From positions 114,142,001 to 114,206,000 of the forward strand of contig NC_090327.1 of the NCBI RefSeq assembly GCF_035084215.1: a stretch of 64,000 bases of DNA, read 5' to 3'. A program made the position numbers and the translations under genes. Source of the stretch: Heptranchias perlo (Eukaryota). This document shows, in pieces, positions 12,965 to 22,950 of this stretch. The first letter of the stretch is position 1; the number at the start of each line of letters is the position of its first letter. The notes under the pieces were generated by a model, which saw only the letters and a list, made by a program, of their open reading frames with translations, searched no databases and was not told where the DNA came from.

Positions 12965-14040
12965 ACAAAAAGCAGTGGAGCAGCAAAGGGATTTGGGTGT
13001 CATTGTACATAAATCAGTAAAAGCTAGTAATAAAAACAGAAAATGCTGGAGAAGCTCAGCAAGTCAGGCAGCATCTGTGGAGAAAGAAACAGAGTTAACG
13101 TTTCAGGTTGAAGACCTTGTCAGAACTCTGACAAAAGGTCTTCGACCTGAAACGTTAACTCTTTTTCTTTCTCCACAGATGCTGCCTGACTTGCTGAGCT
13201 TCTCCAACATTTTCTGTTTTTATTTCAGATTTCCAGCATCCGCAGTATTCTGCTTTTGACTAAAAGCTAGTAGATAGGTACAAGAATTAATCAAAAAGGC
13301 TAATGGAATGTTGGCCTTCATCTCAAGAGGGTTGGGATACAAAAGGGTGGAAGTTATGCTTCCATTGTTTAGAACCTCGGTAAGACTCTATCTGGAATAT
13401 TGCATTTAGTTCTGGACAGCGCAGTTCAGGAAAGATATATTGGTCTTAGAAAGGGTACAGTGCAGATTTACCATGCTAAGGCTAAAAGGGTTAAATTATG
13501 AGACAGGTTGAATAAACTTGTATTTCCTTGAATTTAGAAGGCTGAGGGGTGATCTAATTGAGGTGTTTAAAATGATAAAAGGATTCGATAGAGTAGGTAC
13601 AGAGAAGCTATTTCTTCTGGTGTGGGATTCCAGAACAAGGAGGCACAATCTTAAAATTAGAGCTAGGCCATTCAGGAGTGAAATCAGGAAGCACTTTTTG
13701 ACCCAAAGGGTAGTGGAAATGTGGAATTCTCTCCCCCAAAAGGCTATGGATGCTGGGTCAACTGAAATTTTCAAAACTGAGATCGACAGATTTTTAATAG
13801 GTAAGGGCACCAAGGGATATGGGTCAAAGGCGGATAAATGGACTTGAGGTACAGAGGAACATATGAACAGGAGTAGACCATTCAGCCCCCCTAGCCTGCG
13901 CCGCCATTCAATTAGATCATAGCTGATCTGTACCTCAACTCCATTTATCGGCCTTAGCAATAAATCAGCCATGATCCAATTAAACGGTGGAACAGGCTCA
14001 AGAGGCTGGATGACATACTCCTTTTCTTATATTCCTGTGT
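12965..14040 (+). mobile_element. CR1 LINE 3' RT fragment hosting a Penelope-derived palindrome and a short inverted CR1 tail
   Basis: EQQRDLGVIVHKSVK at 12975; ORF 13518-13847 RRLRGDLIEVFKMIKGFDRV...WNSLP. Confidence 0.92.
13030..13260. mobile_element. Palindromic Penelope-pLTR-derived mini-element with 12-bp TSD
   Basis: Arms 13030-13124 and 13127-13223 are near-perfect inverted repeats; sequence matches the terminal region of the GIY-YIG element at 45229-45362; TSD TAAAAGCTAGTA at 13018-13029 and 13261-13272. Confidence 0.9.
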
Positions 14041-14109
14041 TTCACCATTGCAAGTTTCAAAAACAAGGTTATTACTGCAAAGCTTGTATGGGAACTGCGT
14101 GGCATGGCA

Positions 14110-14465
14110 GGCTAGTACAACGTCTTTTCATTTCTGCCACTTGGGTTTGAAACCAGCTCCAACTAATAAGAAGAAAGTCTCCTTTCTCTGATGACTGAAA
14201 GCATCTTACAAGATTCATTTTGCCAGTTCTCTAAATTGGCAACTCACTCAAGGAGACCATAAGGATAGCTAACGTGAAAAATGGAAGCTCTCCTAAATTA
14301 CAAAGAAATTACAACACATTTGGCCTGACCAGATTGGAGTTGAGGTAGATTGTTAGGGGAGATGTTTGCATCTAGTCCATGCTATACCTAAGTTAGGAGT
14401 GTATGATGCCAAGCTGCAAACAGTGAAAACATTTTCATTCCCAGCACTGATATCCCTCACCCCTT
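14110..14465 (+). mobile_element. LF-SINE-like element, degenerate copy 1
   Basis: TTTCATTTCTGCCACTTGGGTTTGAAACCAGC head; TTGGCAACTCACTCAAGGAGACCATAAGGATAGCT shared with the copy at 14765-15150. Confidence 0.55.
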
Positions 14466-14629
14466 CACCCACCTAAAAACTAACATCACTGAAGATATGG
14501 CTTTACATCTGCAGTTCCCTGCATGTTGCCAGGAAGAGATGAAGAACTGAGGCTAAATGCTTCCCCACAGTGAGAGAGAGGAAAGTGGAAGGAGAGTCAT
14601 CACAGGGCACTCATGCATCTCGCTGTTGC

Positions 14630-14760
14630 TTGTTGCTGTATTTGCCTACAAAATAAATGACCAAACTGTAAAAGTAATTAATTGCCTGTAAGGCATTTTG
14701 GGATATCTTGAGGATGTGAAAGGTTCTATATAACTACAAGTTCAGCAAGCTCTTTCTTTC
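14630..14760 (+). mobile_element. Deu-SINE/L2-type tail, degenerate
   Basis: GTAAGGCATTTTGGGATATCTTGAGGATGTGAAAGGTTCTATATAACTACAAGT. Confidence 0.6.
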
Positions 14761-14764
14761 TCCA

Positions 14765-15150
14765 GTACCTGAGTTCAACTGCAGCCCAAGCTGATGGGAT
14801 GAAAATCTCCTCTCTTTGCTGGCTGTAAAGCTCCCAGCTACATGAAATAGTTCAGGCTGTTCCAATCTAGTTCCTAGCAGACATAAGCCATTATTTGGCA
14901 CAGACTATCAATACATTTGGCAATCTCACTCAGAGGCCATAAGGATAGCTGGTGCGGGTAATGAAAATAAAATTACACTGGTGCAACAAAAGGTGCACTT
15001 CAGAAACTGTGGTTAAGGCACACTTTTCGGGGCAGCGTAAAGGGAGCTTTGTCCCATATCTGTTCTGATATTGGCAATGGGTTCACAAAGTGGAAAATAG
15101 GAAAATGTTCCAGTCCCCAGCATTGACTACTCTTACCTTGTTAAGAATAA
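14765..15150 (+). mobile_element. LF-SINE-like element, copy 2
   Basis: Collinear blocks resembling the LF-SINE consensus as I recall it: CTACATGAAATAGTT, TCTAGTTCCTAGCAGACA, TTGGCAATCTCACTCAGAGGCCATAAGGA, GGTTAAGGCACAC..CGGGGCAGCGTAAAGGGAGCTT. Confidence 0.65.
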
Positions 15151-15337
15151 AAAAGCAAAAATATATACACATAATAACTGAAAAACTATTTTGTTCCAGC
15201 TTTCATGAAACTAAACATCTGTAGCATTTTGAAAAACTGCAAGAAACATTGAGTTCCCAAAGGATTACAGCTCTACAGATGCATTTTACAGACAGAAAAC
15301 CTCTAGTTCAAGAATCAATTATTCAACCAATACCAAT

Positions 15338-15650
15338 AACAACAACTTGCAGTTATATAGCGCCTTTAACGTAGTAAAACATCCCAAGGCACTTCACAGG
15401 AGCATTATCAAACAAAGTTTGACACTGAGCTACATAATGAGATATTAGGTCAGGTGACAAAAAGCTTGGTCAAAGAGGTAGGATTTGAGAAGCATCTTAA
15501 AGAGAGAGGCAGAGAGGTAGAGAGGTTTAGGGAGGGAATTCCAGAGCTTAGGGTCTAGGCAGCTGAAGGCATGGCCACCAATTGTGGAGCGATGAAAATC
15601 GGGTATGCGTAAGAGGCCAGAAATGGGGGAGCGCAGAGATCTCGGAGGCT
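15338..15650 (-). mobile_element. L2-clade LINE 3' end
   Basis: AACAACAACTTGCAGTTATATAGCGCCTTT...AGGTTTAGGGAGGGAATTCCAGAG (minus-strand LWNSLPKPL-type coding). Confidence 0.85.
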
Positions 15651-15702
15651 AGGGGACAGATACCTTACTGTTTTGTTCCAGGGAAAAATCCAGCCTCCTT
15701 TT

Positions 15703-16295
15703 CATAGTATCATAGTAGGTACAGCATAGATGGAGGCCATTCAGCCCATCATATCTGTGCTGGCTCTTTGAAAGAGCTATTCAATTAGTCCCATTCCCCT
15801 GCTCTTTCTCCATAGTCCTGTAAATGTTTTCCCTTCAAGTATTTATCCAATTCTCTTTTGAAAGTTATTATTGAATCTGCTTCCACCACCCTTTCAGGCA
15901 GTGCATTCCAAATCATTACAACTCGCTGCATAAAAAAATATTTCCTCATGTTGCCTCTGGATCTTTTGCCAATCACCTTAAATCTGTATCCTCTGGTTAC
16001 CGACCCTTCTGTCACTGGAAACAGTTTCTCCTTACTTACTGTATCAAAATCATTCATGATTTTGAACACCTCTATCAAATCTCCCCTTAACTTTCTCTGT
16101 TCTAAGGAGAACAACCTCAGCTTCTCCAGTCTCTCCACATAACTGAAGTCTCTCATCCCTGGTACCATTCTAGTAAATCTCTTCTGCACCCTCTCTAAAG
16201 CCTTGACATCCTTCCTAAAGTGTGATGCCCAAAATTGAACTCAATACTCCAGCTGAGGCTGAGCCAGTGTTTTATAAAGGTTTAGCATAACTTCC
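15703..16295 (-). mobile_element. CR1 LINE 3' portion
   Basis: ORF 15785-16189 QKRFTRMVPGMRDFSYVERLEKL...RGDLIEVFK...WNALPERVVEADS. Confidence 0.93.
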
Positions 16296-16304
16296 TTTCT
16301 TCAA

Positions 16305-17030
16305 CTATAACTTGCACTTATATGCCTATAGCGAAGAAAATGTCCCAAGACACTTTACAAAATGGGAAAAAATATATAAAAAGGAATAGACTAAAGAACA
16401 GACAACAAGCCATGGAGGGATTGAAAGCATGGTCAAAAAGATGGTTTTTGAGAAGGTTTTTAAAGGTGGATAGTGAAGGGGAGAGGAGAAAGGGTTTAGG
16501 TAGGGAGTTCCAGAGAACAGGACAAGGTAGCTGAAGGTTCTGCTACCAACAGAGGTAAAGGGAGGGTGAGCTGCACAACGGGCCAGAATTAGAGGACTGA
16601 ACAGTGCAAGAAGGATTTGAGGCTGAAGGAGGTTATAGGGGTGAGGGGAAAGCAATAGAGAGATTTGGGGGGTGATTTTAAACCCCAAGAACAGGTGGAT
16701 TGGGGGCAGGTGGGAGTTTAAAATAGTTGTTCTTTTGGGTCGCAACTGCAAAACTTTTGGACTTGGCATTCCCAGTGGAAAGCCTGTACTTTTATGCGTC
16801 AACGTTAAACCCGGAAATAAAGCTGGGTTGCCGTCGCGACCCAAAAATCAACTATTTTCAACCTCCACCCGCCCCCAACCCACCCATTCTTGGGGTTTAA
16901 AATCACCCCCTTGAAGACTATGGTGCAATGCGGGACTGGCAACCAATGCAAGTCAATGAGAACAGAGGGTAATGGGAGAGCAGGACTTGGTGCCAGACAA
17001 ATAAAGTCTAGAGGTGCAAGTGGAGGCAAT
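16305..17030 (-). mobile_element. L2-clade LINE 3' fragment, split by a MITE
   Basis: L2 tail AACTTGCACTTATATGCC; minus-strand coding remnants LIDLHWLPVPHCTIVFK and VGSRTFSY flank the MITE. Confidence 0.75.
16668..16910. mobile_element. Harbinger-type MITE, 243 bp, ~78-bp TIRs, TTG TSD
   Basis: TIR GGGGGTGATTTTAAACCCCAAGAA...AAAATAGTTG...GGGTCGC at both ends; TTG at 16665-16667 and 16911-16913; removing it restores the host L2 sequence GAGATTTGAAGAC. Confidence 0.93.
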
Positions 17031-17619
17031 CACATTTCAAATTAGATGGGCTAAAAGCAGAATAATTTTTATCCTGGGATGCAGCTGTGTGTTTAGGTTT
17101 CACATAGCCAGAGAGCAAAATTCCAGGTTGAAAATTTTATTTAAATTTAAAACCTAACCAGTAAATATAATTTATCTATTTTTTTAACGGTTGAGATTGT
17201 GTGCAGGATGGCTCTAAGGAACTTGGATGAGAAGAGTTGTCTGTCTTGTGAGAATCCGCCTGTGATTTATCCATAATCGTGACATGACTAAACAAAAGGC
17301 AAAGCAAGAGGCAACATTTATTTTTCTAGGCTTTAAATATCTCTTCTTTCTAGGCCTAAAGGCATGCAATAATCTTAGCATCTTACCCAAAGGCCAGCAA
17401 CTCCAACAATACAGCACTCTCCAGTACTAACCTACCGTGCCAGTCCAGATTATGACCTCAAATCCAGTAGTGACTTAGAGGTTTTCTACTATGTGCTATA
17501 TTAAAACATTAAAAAAAACAAAAGTCAGCTTAGGCCTGTGACTTTGTCACTAGGCAGGTAACTTTATAATTTACTCTCCACACATAACATCTTTCCTCAT
17601 TATCAAAAGAAGGATAGTA

Positions 17620-19070
17620 CTAAAGTAACAAAATCAAGGTAGTCAAATCATTGGGACCTGATGACTAACATCCAAAGATCCCGAGGGAAGCTAGGGAAGA
17701 AATGGCAAAGACTCTGACTATAATTTTTCAAACTTCTTTGAAAAGTATAATTATGCCAGAATACTGGAGCGTGGCAAATTTGCCTCCCCTCTTCAAAAAA
17801 GGAAACAGGGATAAACCAAAAAACTTGTCTTATTTCAGCTGTTAATAAACTACTAGAGTTTATAATGCAGGATGAAATTACCAAGCACTTGGAGAAACAT
17901 GAGTCATTCAGCGCCATTAGCATGGATTTCTAAAAGACAGGTCCTGCTTGACCAACCTTGTAAAATTCTTCAAAGAAATAACTGAGAGGATAGATAAGGG
18001 AAGTGCAGTGGATGTGGATTTTCAAAATGCATTCAGTAAGGTATTACATAAGGAACTTATGGAAAAAATAATGGTAAATGGAATTAAGAGGACATAAGTT
18101 GAGAGATGGTTGGAAGACAGAATGAAAAGGGTAGGAGTAAAGGGAAGTTTCTCAGACTGGAAAAGTATTGTGAGTGATGTTCGAAAGGGATCTGTGTAGG
18201 GAATGCTCTTATTTGTTTACAATACACATAAATAATGTGGATTTAGGAATTGAAAGAGAGCAATATCAAAATTTGCTGATGACACCAAATTGGGAGAGGG
18301 GGTATCAGAAATTGCAATCGAGATTCCGAGGTACTGCAGGAAGGCATAGATAGGGTAGCAGGATGGGCAGATAGGTAGCAGATGCATAGGAAAAAATGTG
18401 AAGTAATACATTCTGGAAGGAAGAGTAAGGAAAGGAAATACTTCTTAAACGGCAAAATTCTAAATAGAGTAGAGGAGTAGAGAGATCTGAGGTACAGATA
18501 GATATGGCAATAAAAAAAGAAAACTGAATGTTTGGTTTTGCAATCATAGGCAAAGAATACAACAGCAAGGGGGTAATGTTGAGTTTGTACAAACCTTAGG
18601 CTGCAGTTGGAGTATTGTGTACAGTCGTGGGCAACTCATTATAAGGAGGATATAAAAGCTAAAGTATAACATGCAGCATATATTTACTAGGATGTTGCCA
18701 GTGTTGAGGGGTTTGTTATAAAGAAAGACTTGAAGTTAGGGCTTTTTTGCTAGACCTGAGAAGGTTAAGGGTTAAGGGACCTGCTGGAGGTTATGAAGGG
18801 ATAGGATAAGATCAATAGTGATGGATCATTTCCACTGATCAGCAACATGATAATAAGCAGATACAAATTTAAAATAATCACAAAAAGAATTAAAGGGGCT
18901 AATTAGAATAAAATTCTTTACAGAGACTGATTAGAATGTGGAATACACTTCCACAAACCACTGTTGAAACAAAACCCATAATTAGAAGGGTATTGGAAAG
19001 TGGAGAGGAACACTGGAGCAGGCTTATCAAGTAGAATGGCCTGTTTCTGTTCTGTAATATTGCATGATTC
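17620..19070 (+). mobile_element. Old degenerate CR1 LINE ORF2
   Basis: Remnants of HGFLKDRSCLTNL, DFQNAFSKV, SKFADDTKLG, PQLEYCVQ; tail GTAGAATGGCCTGTTTCTGTTCTGTAA. Confidence 0.88.
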
Positions 19071-19460
19071 CTCTCTATTCCCATACTGAGAAGGAAGGGA
19101 AACAAACTATTCCTTTCAATATGCCATGCAAGAGAAGCTTGGGTAACCCATCCTCAAAACTCTCCCTTTCTTGCTGTTTGGGAAACACCTCGGGCTCGAT
19201 TTTGTTTTTGAAAGGGTGGTGAGATGGCAGCGGTGGGGGGGGGGGTGGCGGTCAATGAGCGCACGGGTAACCCAACTAGTAAAATCCTACTATTTCCCAC
19301 ACGTTAATTGGTGGCCCTTTACTTGGCTTCCGGGTTTGCCGTCCGAAAGCTACGCAACGGGCAGACTGCGCACCTGCATGACAGGCTGTCAGCTGGAGCG
19401 GCTCTATGTAAAGAGCCATTGCTCCAAAGGCTTTCGCTGCAGCCAACACCAGAAAACACA

Positions 19461-21430
19461 ATGGAGCAGCACAGGGGCAAGGCTACTCCAAGGTACAATA
19501 ATGCCTCTCTGCAGCAGCTACTGGATGGGGTGAGGAGGAGGAGGAGGAAAGTCTTTTACCCCGTGGATGGAAGGAAGTGCCCTGCCTCTGCCACCAAGAA
19601 GGCCTGGCTCAAGATGGCAGACGAGGTCACCAGAAGCAGCAACATCTCCCGCACCTGGGTCCAGTGCAGGAAGCGATTCAAAGACCTAACTAGGTCAGCA
19701 AAAGTGAGTACAATTACCGATTCTCCTGCATTCCGTGGTGCACATCACCACCCCCCTCCCCACCCCCACAACTCATTCTGCACCACCAAGACTACTCCAT
19801 CACATCACTCCTCACACCCACTTAAGGCTCATCCTCAACTTACCTGCACTTCCTCACCTCCTCATTTGTCACCCCACCGCCACCACTAACCCCAATCCTC
19901 ATCCAATGTGATGTCTTTGACTCATATCCACCCTCTGATGTATCTCTTTCAAGGTCAGTCGCATCCAAAGCAATGCATTCATCGACTGAGCACTTCACTA
20001 TCACTCACTCACACGTCTGTACTTTCTCCCCTTCCAGAAGAGAGCTCAGATTGCATGTGAGAGGGCAAGGACTGGAGGGGGGGCCACAGCCAATAGTGGT
20101 CCTCACAGACGCGGAGCAGGAGGCCCTGGAGATCAGCCGCACCCTCGAGTGCCTATCCGTCAGGGACGCTGAAACTGGCATCCCACAAAAGTCTGGTGAC
20201 ACAACTTTAACATTCATCACACTCAACGTGAATTGATCTTAAGAATGCTTGGCATGTTGAACACCTCAGTATGCTCATCGCAACATGACACATCTGTGAT
20301 GATGCTTAATATTGCCTTCTGTTCTCATACAGGACCTTCAATGACCGCAGTGTCGGTAGAGGGCGATTCCTCAGAGGAGCTCCAGACCTCTGAGGGTGCA
20401 CCGTCACATCTTAGTGAGCCATCCACCAACGTAGATACTCACACCTCGGTGGGTCCTAGTACTCAGTCAGTTGGGTTGGGCACCTGGTAAGTCACCACAC
20501 ACAAGTGAGCACGAGCAGACACTGGTGGCAGGAGCAGCTGTGCAGAGTCTGCGTTAGTGGGCGCACTCCTCTCCAGGCTCTGCTCAGCTGGACGCAGATG
20601 CTGAACCCCGGGAGCCATCCTTTAAAAGGAGCATGATCAAGGGATAGCAACACATTTGCAAGGTACTGGAACAGGTGCCACGCGCATTCTCCACAATAGC
20701 GCAGAGGATGGAGGAGTCCAATACCTGCATGAGTGAAACGGTGGCACAGGTGCGGAAGGGAATCTCTGAAATAGTGTTGCAGGGACGTAAGCAACTGTCT
20801 GAGATAGTGTTGCACGTAACTGCTGAAATGTCTGAGATAGTGTCACTCATAACTGTGGAAATGTCTGAGGTAGTGTCGCAGGTAAATGCTGGAATGTCTG
20901 TGATGGAGAGAAGGCTAGCCTCCGTTGAGCTTCAAGCACGGCTCACAAATGAGTCCACTCAGGCCCTAACAATGGCCGTTCAGACTCAGGGTGCACAACA
21001 TTTTGCTGCCTTAAACAGGCTGACTGATACTTTAGAAGTGGCCTTCCGAGGCGTCACACATGTCCTCCAAACTGTTGTCCAGCTGGGTCGTAGGAGTGAT
21101 GTGGGCCTGTCCCAGGAGTGGGATGATGGCGAAAGGGGACATGGAAGTGGGGACGCCATTCAAAGCGCTCTCACGTCTCACCCACTGCCCCCCTCTCAAC
21201 CAGTACCCGCAATGCTGCCTCCTCTCCAGGTGGCCGAGTCTGCCCCTGCACAGGTGCAGGTGGAGCAGTCTTCGGAAGGGCCCTCACGGGCTCCAAAACC
21301 CAGAGGGCATAGGCCGAAAGCATCTAAGCAGTCAGGACATGAACACGAGCAACCTGCCGCTACCTTTGCTGCAGCCACAGGGCATGCACCACGTAGAAGT
21401 AGTAGGAAGAGAAAGGCTAAGATTTTGTGA
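19461..21430 (+). pseudogene. Harbinger Myb/SANT-like DNA-binding protein gene, 3 predicted exons (19461-19703, 20038-20195, 20333-21430), disrupted
   Basis: Exon 1 MEQHRGKATPRYNNASLQQLLDGV...KKAWLKMADEV...RTWVQCRKRFKDL (trihelix Myb/SANT) with donor AAA|GTGAGT; exon 2 KRAQIACERARTGGGPQPIVVLTDAEQ with a +1 poly-G frameshift; exon 3 has a frameshift and stops, then the 251-aa ORF ending in the basic RRSSRKRKAK. Confidence 0.85.
20732..20896 (+). repeat. Five tandem 33-bp units encoding 11-aa repeats in the Myb protein
   Basis: Units start at 20732, 20765, 20798, 20831 and 20864: SETVAQVRKGI / SEIVLQGRKQL / SEIVLHVTAEM / SEIVSLITVEM / SEVVSQVNAGM. Confidence 0.9.
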
Positions 21431-21757
21431 TCACGAAGGTTATGCACAAGGGTGTCTGACAGACTGTCATGTTTTTCATTTGTATTTGTTTTTTGTTAAA
21501 GTCACACTAAATGTTATCATTCTCACCACTACTGCCATGTCTTGCCCATTCTTGACTGGCTTTTGTGATAGCGCGCTTTCATGAGGTTCACCATGAATGG
21601 CGACACTTGATACCACCCATTGGGTCACTTTACAGTGGGTGTATGTGTAGTTGCAGGACTGTTTTGTGCGGGGGGGGGGGGGGGGGGGGCGGGGGCTGGT
21701 GTTGGCGCTGCTCTATCCAGGTGGTGTGAGGACTGGACTCTGTCTCACTTTCTGATG

Positions 21758-22950
21758 TTAGGAGAACCGTTCACATATCAGTGACGCCCTGGCCTCACGA
21801 GCAGCCAGGTGAGCCGCTGCTCTAGCCATGGGTTCATCCTCCTCCTCCTCCTCCTCCTCCTCAATGTGGATGGCAGATGTGGATGGGGCCTCCTCAAGTG
21901 GCACCCCTCTCTGTTGTGCCATGTTGTGCAGGACACAACAGACGACTATAATGCGTCCCACTCTGTCTGGGGCATATTGAAGCGCTCCCCCAGAACGATC
22001 AAGGCACCTAAAACGCAACTTGAGCAGCCCTATATGCTCAACTGTAGACCTGGTGGTGATGTGGCTGTCATTGTATCGACACTATTGCTTGGCGGTGGGG
22101 TTCCTCAGAGGTGTCATGAGCCACGTGTGCAGGGGATATTCCTTGTCCCCGAGGAGCCAGCCCTTAAGGGTGTTTGGTGCGTGGAAGGCCCGGGATGTTG
22201 GATTCCCTCAGAATGAAGGAATCGTGGCAACTGCCAGGGTATCTGGTGCACACGTGAAGGAATCTCCTGTGGTGGTCACAAACGAGCTGTGTTAATGGAG
22301 TGATAGCCCTTTCTGTTGATGAAGTCCTGGCTTGTGTGGAGCTGCTCGTATTGCTATATGGGTGCAATCAATTGCACCCTGTACCCATGGGAAGCCAGCA
22401 ACAGAGTGGAATCCCACTGTCCTCTCCGTCTGGCTGAGGTCGTCCAGGAGGAAACTGAAGTACTGCGAGGGTCTGCGAAACAAGCCGTCGGTGACCTGCC
22501 TTATGCACTTATGTGCAGACGACTGACAGACCCCGGCGATATCACCGGTGGCACGCTGGAATGATCCAGAGGCGAAGAAGTTGAGGGCAGATGTGACTTT
22601 AACAGCAACAGGTAATGAGATGCTGCTCGGCCCAGCCGGGAGCAGCTCGGCATGAAGGAGGCTGCAGATGTTTTCGACCACCTGGGACTCACTGACAGCC
22701 TCCGTATGCACTGCTCCTCAGAGATGTCCAGGAAGCTGAGCCTCGGTTCGTAGACCCTCTGATGAGGGTAGTGCCTCCTGCAATGTCGCTCCCTCTATTG
22801 TTGCCTTCTGTGCTCTTGTGCAGGTGCCTGTGGCGCAGCACTGTGTTGTGGAGCTCCAAGTGGCGGAGGTGCACACCGTGCCTGGCGAGGATGGTGATGT
22901 TGCTCTTCCTCAGATGTAGTGGTGAATACAGCCATGGCGTCCCCCCTCCC
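21758..22950 (-). pseudogene. Harbinger DDE transposase (HARBI1-like family), frameshifted
   Basis: Motifs [83 protein letters not shown], acidic tail; several frameshifts and stops. Confidence 0.92.

Noticed and set aside
13496-13972. Long antisense ORFs over LINEs (also 16326-16844, 40070-40477, 45846-46322, 49392-49802)
   Set aside because: Shadow or off-frame ORFs of CR1, L2 and Penelope sequence
21758-22950. Host HARBI1 gene (and NAIF1/MSANTD for the Myb ORF)
   Set aside because: Enclosed by TIRs, frameshifted and present in three diverged copies in the window; this is a transposon, so no gene symbol is assigned
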